From positions 1 through 51,627 of the forward strand of contig JAPLXR010000009.1 of assembly GCA_026395955.1 (NCBI GenBank): a stretch of 51,627 bases of DNA, in the 5' to 3' direction. Positions 44,106-51,627 of this stretch are shown here, in pieces (within the stretch, counting starts at the first letter, position 1; each line of letters opens with the position of its first letter). The translations under genes and the position numbers were made by a program. The stretch is from Candidatus Nomurabacteria bacterium (GTDB lineage Bacteria; Patescibacteriota; Minisyncoccia; Phycocordibacterales; UBA9973). The notes under the pieces were generated by a model. The model made no database searches and was not told the DNA's origin. It saw nothing but the letters and a program-made list of their open reading frames with translations.

Positions 44106-45257
44106 TTATTTAATATCTTTTAATCTTAGACTAACTAGTAAACCTAAAAGCAATATTATACCTAATACAAAAAATAGGTATTTAAATGACGGTATTAACA
44201 TTAAAGTCGGTATCGCTATTAAAGGCGCTAATATATACGAAAGAGGTAAAGTATTTCTAAAGAAACTTATTTCGTCAGATTTTTCATTTGTAACTTCTTT
44301 AAAGAAGTATATTTCTGACATTGCTTCTATTGTCGCTGCTCCTGTACGTGTACTAAACAATATAATAGCCCAAATAACCCAATCAGAACTATTTATAAAA
44401 GGTATTAAAATTATAGATAATACAGCTATTATAAATCCAGTAATTAATATCTTTTTCTCCCCAATTTTGTCCGATAGACGTCCGAGTGGTAAATCTAAAA
44501 TAACAAAAGGTAAAAGCATTATAGTAAATATAAGTCCTATTTTATCCCAACCGAAATTTAAATTTTGGTGTAAATATATAGGTGTATAGATAACCATCCA
44601 AGCATAAAAGAATTTTAATATTAAATTTATTATATATATTTTTGATACATTTTTATTTCTTCTAAAAAAATGAATTGTTTTTAACATAGACATTTTTTTA
44701 TATATCGGATCTTCAAATTTATTGAAAAATAATATTAAAGAACAGGTAACCAAAGCCATAATTCCAGCAGAGAATAAATATATTCCACTATAAGAACTTT
44801 TTTCAATAATTGAACCAGAAACTATCTGAGCTATAACCCAAGCTATATTTATAAAAGTTAAATATAATCCACGTGTTTCTCCAACATCTTTTGAACTAGT
44901 ATTTTCTTCAATAAAAATATCTAAATTTGTTATAAAAAAACTACCAGAGGCAAAGTACAAAATAAAAGCAGGTATTACAATAAAGCTACTTTGTGAAAAA
45001 GCTAAAAGCAGTAAGGAAATAAAAGCTAATCCACTGATAAATATAGAAACATTCTGATTTCCATATTTTGTCATAAGTCTAGGCATTTCTAATAAACCTA
45101 TTATTGTGATAATAGCTGCGACTATATATACGATACTTAGATAATCAATATTGATATATTTTTCTAGAAAACTAGAACCGATATATGAAGTTAGAGCTAG
45201 ATTTATTGAGAATAAAAATCCAGTTAAATATATTGTTTTTCTTCCGTGTTTAATCAC
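44106..45257 (-). CDS. MFS-type transporter (GTG start)
   Basis: About 12 hydrophobic segments. The LPLGRLSDKIGEKK loop resembles the MFS motif A. Confidence 0.6.
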   Translation of the reverse strand: MIKHGRKTIYLTGFLFSINLALTSYIGSSFLEKYINIDYLSIVYIVAAIITIIGLLEMPRLMTKYGNQNVSIFISGLAFISLLLLAFSQSSFIVIPAFILYFASGSFFITNLDIFIEENTSSKDVGETRGLYLTFINIAWVIAQIVSGSIIEKSSYSGIYLFSAGIMALVTCSLILFFNKFEDPIYKKMSMLKTIHFFRRNKNVSKIYIINLILKFFYAWMVIYTPIYLHQNLNFGWDKIGLIFTIMLLPFVILDLPLGRLSDKIGEKKILITGFIIAVLSIILIPFINSSDWVIWAIILFSTRTGAATIEAMSEIYFFKEVTNEKSDEISFFRNTLPLSYILAPLIAIPTLMLIPSFKYLFFVLGIILLLGLLVSLRLKDIK

Positions 45258-45264
45258 GATTTAA

Positions 45265-47262
45265 TTATACACTGAGTATGACTGGTATGACTAGTGGACG
45301 CTTTGCTGTTTTTTGGAATAAGAATTTAGAAATATTTTCTCCGAGTTGATTTTTAATAACATCAAAATCAGGATTTTTATTATTTATTGTTCCATCTTCA
45401 ATAGTCTTTTTAATTATCACACGACAAGCACGCAAGAGTTCTTGATTTTCTTTTAGATAAACGAAACCACGAGATATTAGGTCTGGAGATTTCTTTAATT
45501 GACCAGAATGTTGATCGACAACAGTAATGATGACGAACATACCGTCTTGAGCGAGCATTTGACGATCTTTGATAACTACATCAGTGCTATCTCCAACAGA
45601 AGTACCATCTACCATCATTGGAGCACTCGGAGCTTTTTCTTTGCGAACTGAAATTTTTTCTCCATCAGCAGAAATTTCGATTATAGAACCATTGTCTGGA
45701 ACTACTATATGATCTTCAGCCATTCCGAGATCTGTCGCTAATAATTTATGTAATTCCAAGTGATAGTGATGTCCATGAATAGGGATAAAGAATTTTGGAT
45801 GAGTTTTTTTGTGAAGCCATTTTATATCTTCTTTGTTTCCATGACCTGTAGCATGAACGTATTCTTCTCCTTGTGTACGATAACTGATTATTTTTACACC
45901 TTGGCGAGAAAGACCATCTTTCATTTTTTGTACTTGTCTTTCATTTCCTGGAACAACAGAAGCTGAGAGGATTATTGTATCTCCAGCCTTTATGGAAAAC
46001 TTCTTGTCTGTTTTATTTGCGGCACGATTAAGTCCAGAGAATTCTTCTCCTTGTCCTCCTGTAGTTAAAATAATTATTTTACTTTCTGGATAATTTGCTG
46101 CTTCTTCCATTGAAATAATAGTTCCTTTTTTGGGTGTATAAATTCCAGCTTCAAAAGCAACCTCTAGGTTTGTTTTCATGCTTCTACCATTAAGTACAAT
46201 TTTTTTACCCATTGCTTCAGCAATCTGTATTACTTTTATTAAACGAGTTATGTGTGAAGCAAAAGCCGCGATAATAATACGTCCAGAAATTCTTTTCAAT
46301 AAATTTTCTAAACCTTGATGTACTTTTATTTCAGGCAATGCAAAACCTTCATTTTCGATATTTGTAGAGTCAGTCATTAAAAGCAATACTTTTGCTTTAT
46401 CAAAAATACTGTATTCTTTTTCTTCTTCATCTGAAACAATACCGTCAACTTGGTCGAGTTTGTAGTCACCAGGATTTACTATCCATCCATGAGGAGTTTC
46501 TACTATTATTCCCATAGAATCTGGAATAGTATGTGTAACTCCAAAGAATCTAATACGCATACCTCCGAGTGTTATAACATCGTCCTTTTCAACTGTAATA
46601 GTTTTCATTTCTGGTAGGTGAGGGAATTCAGTTGCACGTTTTTTCATCATCAAGATTGAAAGATTACGTGAATACACAGGAGGGTTTCCAATACGAGATA
46701 ATACTATAGGTACACCACCGATGTGGTCTAGGTGTCCATGAGTTATAAATAACGCACGGATTTTATCTTTTCTTTCTTCTAAGTATGTAGTGTTTGGAAT
46801 AACATAGTCAACTCCTGGTGTTTCTTCTGTAGAGAAATGCATACCTGCATCTATGACGATAATATCATTACCGATTTCAATAGCTGTCATATTTTTCCCA
46901 ATTTCTTCTACACCTCCTAGTGGAATAATGCGTATATTACCCATTGGGAGTTCTGGTATTTTTGTAATTGTGTTTCTAGATACAAAACTAGAACCAGAAT
47001 TACCGCCAACAGGGGAGCGTCTACCTTTACCAAATTTTGAGTATTGGAAAGTGGAGCTCTTTGATGTTTTTTTATCACCAGTATGAGGTTTGTGATTTGT
47101 ATGCGGTATGTGTTGACGAGTTGGTGCATGGGCACCAGGTGTGTTTGTTGTACGTGTATGAGAATGTGAAGTATTTACTATTCTCGGTGTTGTTATTTTA
47201 TTTTCTTCCTTCTTACTTTCGATACTTATATCGGAAAAAGACAGTCTGTTTTTTCTTATCAT
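45265..47262 (-). CDS. rnj: Ribonuclease J with a ~100-aa His/Thr/Pro-rich N-terminal extension
   Basis: LFITHGHLDHIGG (metallo-beta-lactamase HxHxDH) with beta-CASP and C-terminal domains. The length and motif order are typical of RNase J. Confidence 0.85.
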   Translation of the reverse strand: MIRKNRLSFSDISIESKKEENKITTPRIVNTSHSHTRTTNTPGAHAPTRQHIPHTNHKPHTGDKKTSKSSTFQYSKFGKGRRSPVGGNSGSSFVSRNTITKIPELPMGNIRIIPLGGVEEIGKNMTAIEIGNDIIVIDAGMHFSTEETPGVDYVIPNTTYLEERKDKIRALFITHGHLDHIGGVPIVLSRIGNPPVYSRNLSILMMKKRATEFPHLPEMKTITVEKDDVITLGGMRIRFFGVTHTIPDSMGIIVETPHGWIVNPGDYKLDQVDGIVSDEEEKEYSIFDKAKVLLLMTDSTNIENEGFALPEIKVHQGLENLLKRISGRIIIAAFASHITRLIKVIQIAEAMGKKIVLNGRSMKTNLEVAFEAGIYTPKKGTIISMEEAANYPESKIIILTTGGQGEEFSGLNRAANKTDKKFSIKAGDTIILSASVVPGNERQVQKMKDGLSRQGVKIISYRTQGEEYVHATGHGNKEDIKWLHKKTHPKFFIPIHGHHYHLELHKLLATDLGMAEDHIVVPDNGSIIEISADGEKISVRKEKAPSAPMMVDGTSVGDSTDVVIKDRQMLAQDGMFVIITVVDQHSGQLKKSPDLISRGFVYLKENQELLRACRVIIKKTIEDGTINNKNPDFDVIKNQLGENISKFLFQKTAKRPLVIPVILSV

Positions 47263-47349
47263 ATATTTCTGTTGCCCAGAATAAATAAAAATTTATTTGG
47301 GACTTTTAATTTATAATTAACTTTTAATTTTTAATAAAATAGATTATTT

Positions 47350-49113
47350 TTATTTAGAAAATATTTTCCAAATATAGTCTTTATCTATTGACCATTTGTA
47401 TACATTTAGGAATCGATCTCCTGGATTTGTAATATGATCTATTGCTAAGCCATCTAATTTTTTTGATACTACATAAACAAAACTTGGACTATATAGAAAT
47501 ACTGCTGGCATGTCTTTTCTTATTTCATCTTCGAATTGTGAATATTTTTTAATGCGACTCTTTTCGTCTACAGTAACTAATGCGTCTTCTAATATTTTGT
47601 CTACTTTTGCATTTGTATACATAGCCACATTTAATCCTGGATCTTTTCTTTGTGAAGAATGCCAGAATGCAAAAAGATCTGACTCGTGAGTGATAATTTC
47701 TCCAAAAAGTAATGCATCGTATTTTCTAGGACGAATTACTGTTTGGTTTAGATTACCAATTTCAAAAGTCTTTACATCTACTTTCATTCCTAATTGTGTT
47801 AAATCTGTAGCTATAAGTTCTGCTGCTTTTGCTAATTCAGGAGCATTACCAGTAGAGATAGTGAATTGTAAACTAGTATTACTCTTTGTAACTTTCTTCT
47901 TCTTTTTATCTACTGTTGTTTTTTGTAGTAATCCATCTGGTCCTTTTGTCCATCCATCTTTTGCTAAAATAGCTTGAGCTTTTTTTAAACCATCTTCGTG
48001 AGAAGATTTTACATCATCATTTAATTTTTGGTAAGCAATTAGATTTGGTGGTATTGGATCGTCGATAGCAACTCCATATCCATGCAAAACTTCTGTAATT
48101 ATTTTGTCTTTATCTATTGCTTGATTGATTGCTGAAACTATATTTTTATCAGTAAAGATTTGATTTTGATTTTGATTAAAGAATAGGCCAAAAACTCTAG
48201 GAAGGATAGAAGATTCAACTCTATAATTAGTTTCTTTTAAAGTCTCAGCATTTTCTGGGGTTATAGAACTTATCTGATCAACGTCTCCATTTTTTAATGC
48301 AAATACAAGTTCATCTTCATTTGGATAGAATTTTACTGTTATATCATTTATAAATGGTCTACCTAAAATAAATTTTTTAAATTGAGTAAGATCATAATAA
48401 TCAATAATTCCTGAAGCTTGTTTACTGACTTTTTTTACTTGATATGGTCCAGAGCCGATAGGATTTACATTTGCTGTATTTAATTCTATTGGAGAATTTT
48501 TCCAAATATGTGCAGGTAATATTCCGAGAGTAGCATTTTCTAAAAATGATGTATAAGGTTGTTTTAAATTAAACTTTATTGTTTTTTCATCTATCTTTTC
48601 TGCTGTAATTCCGTCCCAATTATTTTTGTGAGGACTTTTTACTAATGGATCTTCTATTTTATTGATAGTAAAAATAATATCATCAGCTGTTACAGGTGTG
48701 CCGTCTTGAAAAGATATTTTGTCTTTTAACGTAAAAGTATAAGACATGCCATCTGGTGACATTTCATATTTTTCTGCTAAATCAGGGATTATAGATCCAT
48801 CAGGTGATTTTCTCATTAGTCCTGAATATATGAGAGAAGTCATATCTCTGTCAGCGTCAGAAAGAGCAAGTATTGGGTTTACAAATCTAGGTGTACCTAC
48901 GATACCTTCAGAAAAACTTCCACCACTCATCGGTACTTCTACCATGAACATTTTGTTAATATTTTCTAGTATTGAAATAGTACTAATTATCAACACAGCA
49001 CAAAGACCTAGAAATATTAATTTTTCTTTTTTTTGAAAAGATGAAATAGCTACTCTGATTTCATGTTTAGTTGGTAATTTAAAATTACGTATACGATTGA
49101 AAATATTTCCCAT
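47350..49113 (-). CDS. Family-5 extracellular solute-binding protein (Opp/Dpp-like), N-terminally anchored
   Basis: TM helix LIFLGLCAVLIISTISIL. LMRKSPDGSIIPDLAEKYEMSPDGMSYTFTLKDKISFQDGTPVTADDI is an SBP_bac_5-type pattern. No permease or ATPase genes are adjacent. Confidence 0.7.
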   Translation of the reverse strand: MGNIFNRIRNFKLPTKHEIRVAISSFQKKEKLIFLGLCAVLIISTISILENINKMFMVEVPMSGGSFSEGIVGTPRFVNPILALSDADRDMTSLIYSGLMRKSPDGSIIPDLAEKYEMSPDGMSYTFTLKDKISFQDGTPVTADDIIFTINKIEDPLVKSPHKNNWDGITAEKIDEKTIKFNLKQPYTSFLENATLGILPAHIWKNSPIELNTANVNPIGSGPYQVKKVSKQASGIIDYYDLTQFKKFILGRPFINDITVKFYPNEDELVFALKNGDVDQISSITPENAETLKETNYRVESSILPRVFGLFFNQNQNQIFTDKNIVSAINQAIDKDKIITEVLHGYGVAIDDPIPPNLIAYQKLNDDVKSSHEDGLKKAQAILAKDGWTKGPDGLLQKTTVDKKKKKVTKSNTSLQFTISTGNAPELAKAAELIATDLTQLGMKVDVKTFEIGNLNQTVIRPRKYDALLFGEIITHESDLFAFWHSSQRKDPGLNVAMYTNAKVDKILEDALVTVDEKSRIKKYSQFEDEIRKDMPAVFLYSPSFVYVVSKKLDGLAIDHITNPGDRFLNVYKWSIDKDYIWKIFSK

Positions 49114-49163
49114 AGTAAATAATGTTTAGATAAAAACAAATATTAAATTCTGCTAAAAACAGA

Positions 49164-49406
49164 TTAATATCTTGCTTTAATAAGTATAGCTAAAAATGCT
49201 AGAACTGCAAACAAAATACCCAATACAATTGAAAGGATAAATAGAAACTTTTCGAAACCACGGCGAGTATGATGGAATCCTGATCCATCTCCACCACCTA
49301 AAGCACCACCAACACCAGAACCTGATTGTTGGAGTAATATTGCTGTAATTAATACAATAGAAACTATAATTTCCGCATAAGGAAGTATTTTAGCGATTAT
49401 CTGCAT
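49164..49406 (-). CDS. secG: Preprotein translocase subunit SecG
   Basis: 80 aa, two TM helices and an ILLQQSGSGVGGALGGG loop. Confidence 0.8.
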   Translation of the reverse strand: MQIIAKILPYAEIIVSIVLITAILLQQSGSGVGGALGGGDGSGFHHTRRGFEKFLFILSIVLGILFAVLAFLAILIKARY

Positions 49407-49412
49407 GGCTCT

Positions 49413-49421
49413 ATTATTGCA
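49413..49421 (-). promoter_or_regulatory. Extended -10-like TGcAATAAT (minus strand) 6 nt upstream of the secG ATG
   Basis: The minus strand reads tgcaataat-agagcc-ATG. Confidence 0.35.
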
Positions 49422-49470
49422 TATTATTAAAAAAAATACAACTATCTAGGCTTTTTATTTTAAAATAATA

Positions 49471-49476
49471 TATAAT
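49471..49476 (+). promoter_or_regulatory. -10 hexamer TATAAT exactly 6 nt upstream of the ATG at 49483
   Basis: tataat-ataatt-ATG. Confidence 0.4.
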
Positions 49477-49482
49477 ATAATT

Positions 49483-50013
49483 ATGGCTATGGATGGAATA
49501 GAAATAGACAATATATTGGTAGGTGTTTACACTGACCATAAAGAAAATCACGCTGATAAATATATCGATCATTACCTCGAGCAATATCGTATTTATTTAC
49601 ATATGTTCAATACTGTCAGTGACCGTCGTTTGAAGACTAATGAATTCTTCCTTGGACTCAATACTGCTATTATGGCGATCATGGGATATATAGAGACGAA
49701 GACTGTACCACATGCCTCTATTGTTTTTATTTTAGTTCCATTTGTTGGTATGGCTATTTGTTATTGTTGGTATGAAATTATTATTTCTCTTCGTCAGTTA
49801 TGCCGAGCAAAATTTAAAGTTGTTCATGAGATAGAAAAAATGTTACCAGCATCTTTATTTAAAACAGAATGGATACTTCTCGGGGAGGGTAGAGATGCAA
49901 AAAAATATGTTCCACTTTCAAAAATAGAAAAAAGAATTCCTATTATTTTTATAGTTCTATATATAATGATATTCCTATTTAATTCTCCAATTGCAAAGTT
50001 TTTGAATTTTTAA
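49483..50013 (+). CDS. Hypothetical integral membrane protein (176 aa, about 3 TM helices)
   Basis: Hydrophobic segments FFLGLNTAIMAIMGYI, IVFILVPFVGMAICYCWYEIII and IPIIFIVLYIMIFLF. Its stop overlaps the next start (TAATG). Confidence 0.5.
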   Translation: MAMDGIEIDNILVGVYTDHKENHADKYIDHYLEQYRIYLHMFNTVSDRRLKTNEFFLGLNTAIMAIMGYIETKTVPHASIVFILVPFVGMAICYCWYEIIISLRQLCRAKFKVVHEIEKMLPASLFKTEWILLGEGRDAKKYVPLSKIEKRIPIIFIVLYIMIFLFNSPIAKFLNF

Positions 50014-50243
50014 TGTACATCAAAGTCACAGTTACAGCGGGGATGAATAAGGAAAAATTTGTGGAAAAGAAAAAGGGTTATTTTGATGCATGGGTGAAAG
50101 AAGAAGCCGAGAGAAATATGGCGAATACGCGAATTATAGAACTCGTGGCAGAGCATTATCAAATTCCTAAAAATAAAGTGCGAATAATAAACGGCCACAC
50201 TCATAGGAGCAAGCTTTTAACTGTCGATATAGATGAAAATTAA
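50013..50243 (+). CDS. DUF167 (YggU-like) family protein
   Basis: 76 aa. ...EAERNMANTRIIELVAEHYQIPKNKVRIINGHTHRSKLLTV matches the A.eGkAN..li.fLa....v....v.i..G..sr.K pattern. Confidence 0.65.
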   Translation: MYIKVTVTAGMNKEKFVEKKKGYFDAWVKEEAERNMANTRIIELVAEHYQIPKNKVRIINGHTHRSKLLTVDIDEN

Positions 50244-50255
50244 ATCTAATTTATA

Positions 50256-50261
50256 TATAAT
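50256..50261 (+). promoter_or_regulatory. -10 hexamer TATAAT exactly 6 nt upstream of the mscL ATG
   Basis: tataat-atacct-ATG(50268). Confidence 0.4.
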
Positions 50262-50267
50262 ATACCT

Positions 50268-50672
50268 ATGCAAATATTCAAAGAATTCAAACAATTTTTA
50301 TTAAGGGGGAATGTGGTAGACCTAGCTGTGGGTGTCGTTATCGGTAGTGCTTTCGGGACCATCGTTTCTGCTTTAGTGAAAGATGTTTTGACTCCACTCG
50401 TCGGAGCGATAGCGAAAGTCCCAGACTTCAGTAATATGTCTTTTGTATTAAATGGAAGTAAATTTATGTACGGGGATTTTATCAATGCTTTGATTTCATT
50501 TATACTCGTAGCTTTTGCTGTTTTCTTTTTTGTCATCAAACCGATGAACCTCCTCATCGCTCGTTCTCGTAAAGAAAAACCAGCCGACGACACAACTAAA
50601 AAATGTACGGAATGTCTCTCGACAATTCCACTCGATGCAAAACGTTGCTCATTTTGCACACAGGCGCAGTAG
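50268..50672 (+). CDS. mscL: Large-conductance mechanosensitive channel MscL with a C-terminal CxxC...CxxC zinc-ribbon tail
   Basis: FKEFKQFLLRGNVVDLAVGVVIGSAFGTIVSALVKDVLTPLVG is the MscL signature. The tail reads KKCTECLSTIPLDAKRCSFCTQ. Confidence 0.9.
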   Translation: MQIFKEFKQFLLRGNVVDLAVGVVIGSAFGTIVSALVKDVLTPLVGAIAKVPDFSNMSFVLNGSKFMYGDFINALISFILVAFAVFFFVIKPMNLLIARSRKEKPADDTTKKCTECLSTIPLDAKRCSFCTQAQ

Positions 50673-50680
50673 AGAAGTAA

Positions 50681-50712
50681 AAAAGCGTTCTGAATAATTT
50701 CAGAACGCTTTT
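50681..50712. terminator. Bidirectional intrinsic terminator between mscL (+) and the 105-aa ORF (-)
   Basis: aaaagcgttctgaa-taat-ttcagaacgctttt is a 14-bp stem flanked by an A-run and a T-run. Confidence 0.8.
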
Positions 50713-50730
50713 TTAATTTAGAAAAATATT

Positions 50731-51048
50731 TTATTTTTCTGTAATAATACCCTCACGAGTTCTTGTTGAGTAATAAGCTTTTGATTTTAAATTTATTGAA
50801 TTACTTGCAAAATCAGTAATGTAAGGATTGAGAACAATGAAGCGTTTGTAATTTACTACAAACTTAATATTCCAACATTCACCACTACCATCTTCTGCTT
50901 CAATTCCTTGAATAATTAATGGAAGTTTTGTTTTCTGTCCGTTTTTTTCAATAATAAAATCAATTGTCCTTTTTTCGGCAAAAAGACGTAAACCATCAAA
51001 TAATTCTTCTCTCGAAGGACCACTTGTAATTAAAATTCTGTTTTTCAT
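50731..51048 (-). CDS. Hypothetical protein, 105 aa
   Basis: Intact ORF ending at the bidirectional terminator. No recognisable motif. Confidence 0.45.
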   Translation of the reverse strand: MKNRILITSGPSREELFDGLRLFAEKRTIDFIIEKNGQKTKLPLIIQGIEAEDGSGECWNIKFVVNYKRFIVLNPYITDFASNSINLKSKAYYSTRTREGIITEK

Positions 51049-51214
51049 CGTACGATGTTTTTATTTTGTTTTTAATGTTCTAAACATTTTACAGAGGTTA
51101 GAACTAACTCTGGAGCCGTGAAGCCATCCGTCAGTACTGAAAGATCTAAGACAAGTATATCACAAACAGGGTTAAAAGTCAATGGTTGAATAAGCTGGAT
51201 TTTGAGGGGATTTA

Positions 51215-51256
51215 GTCCCCTAAAATAGGTCGTTTTGGGGCTCTATTTTAGGGGAC
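51215..51256. repeat. Perfect 14-bp inverted repeat gtcccctaaaatag-N14-ctattttaggggac
   Basis: Arms at 51215-51228 and 51243-51256. An overlapping alternative hairpin, agggga-tttag-tcccct, lies at 51205-51221. Confidence 0.7.
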
Positions 51257-51266
51257 GGGAGAATGC

Positions 51267-51295
51267 TTGACTTCTGTTTTGCATTAGTATAGTAT
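51267..51295 (+). promoter_or_regulatory. Candidate rRNA promoter P1: TTGACT-17 nt-TAGTAT
   Basis: The -35 hexamer ttgact is at 51267-51272 and the -10 hexamer tagtat at 51290-51295. A second extended -10, TGtTATAAA, lies at 51347-51355. Both are about 200-290 nt upstream of the 16S 5' end. Confidence 0.45.
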
Positions 51296-51557
51296 AGACC
51301 TTACGTCTCATCCAATTTGGATAGGACTTTTTATTTCAATAGGTATTGTTATAAAACCTTGAAAAGTTAATAGTTATTGAGAACCCCGACAGAGATGTCG
51401 GGATGCAAGTTCTAGTTTTTTCCACAATAATTTTTGAAGTATTTTTTAAAATACTTCGTGAGCAGGATCGAGAATGTTTATAGAAGATTAAATTCGAGTA
51501 ATCGAATTCTGTTTTTTATTTTGTTTCGTTCTAAATCTGTTTAATCAGAATCTAATT

Positions 51558-51627
51558 TTAAATTAGAGTTTGATCCTAGCTCAGGATGAACGCTGGCGGC
51601 GTGGATAAGGCATGCAAGTCGAACGAA
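51558..51627 (+). rRNA. rrs: 16S rRNA gene, 5' end only (runs off the window)
   Basis: agagtttgatcctagctcaggatgaacgctggcggcgtggataaggcatgcaagtcgaacg covers the universal 8F/27F primer region and helix 1-3 sequence. Confidence 0.9.

Noticed and set aside
50246-50659. 137-aa minus-strand ORF
   Set aside because: It lies fully antisense to mscL, which has a textbook signature. It shows no motif support.
51100-51180. A locally GC-richer segment upstream of the rRNA promoter, considered as a possible small ncRNA (SRP RNA, 6S, tmRNA or RNase P fragments)
   Set aside because: I found none of the diagnostic conserved motifs of these RNAs on either strand. The only structure is a weak 7-bp hairpin (gttctaa...ttagaac) just upstream of the segment, at about 51088-51115. 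Evidence is insufficient to call a gene.
1-51627. Prophage, IS element or integrative island signatures (integrase, transposase, recombinase, att-like direct repeats next to the tRNA)
   Set aside because: No ORF shows integrase or transposase motifs. The tRNA-Gln is flanked by housekeeping genes, with no duplicated tRNA 3' segment nearby. The only repeat-bracketed unit is the small 22104-22740 cassette, which is reported separately.

Overview
This is a visibly AT-rich, tightly packed bacterial fragment. Compact housekeeping genes, apparently Shine-Dalgarno-less gene starts, giant surface proteins and the 16S 5' end at the window edge suggest a CPR/Parcubacteria-like organism, but that is inference and was not computed.

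Housekeeping genes recognised from protein motifs: topA, dprA, serS, an FtsQ-like gene, dus, dnaX, tRNA-Gln(UUG), a SpoU/RlmB-type methyltransferase, a DsbB plus thioredoxin-like pair, an HI0933-type flavoprotein, DoxX, a mini K+ channel, an MFS transporter, RNase J, a family-5 solute-binding protein, secG, DUF167 and mscL.

Two accessory surface loci dominate the window.
(1) 3187-17935 encodes a DUF5666-like secreted protein followed by a roughly 4650-aa secreted protein. That protein has 8 tandem Cys-bracketed GLUG-type (GGLVG) modules, about 14 beta-propeller blades, Fn3-like domains, InlB-B-type repeats and a C-terminal peptidoglycan-binding domain. It is split by a frameshift inside a G6 tract.
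(2) 25407-39719 is the best candidate for an undescribed system. It holds a 2971-aa N-terminally anchored Thr/Gly/Ala-rich repeat adhesin whose last ~160 aa are homologous to the C-terminal half of the next gene, a 356-aa secreted subunit. These are followed by a DUF916/DUF3324-like Ig-fold protein with a C-terminal TM anchor, a dockerin-bearing secreted protein and two membrane-anchored cohesin-like proteins. The downstream genes overlap each other. I read this as a Csc/WxL-like or pilus-like surface assembly combined with a cohesin-dockerin tether.

Other notable points:
- Three ORF-disrupting lesions: a topA frameshift in an A4 run, the giant-gene frameshift in G6, and an in-frame TAA at serS codon 9.
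- A recurring TATAAT-N6-ATG (leaderless) promoter geometry.
- A tRNA abutting a CDS start.
- Hairpin elements in inverted orientation flanking a PaaX/Cas2-fold regulator gene.

I saw no CRISPR array, transposase or integrase.
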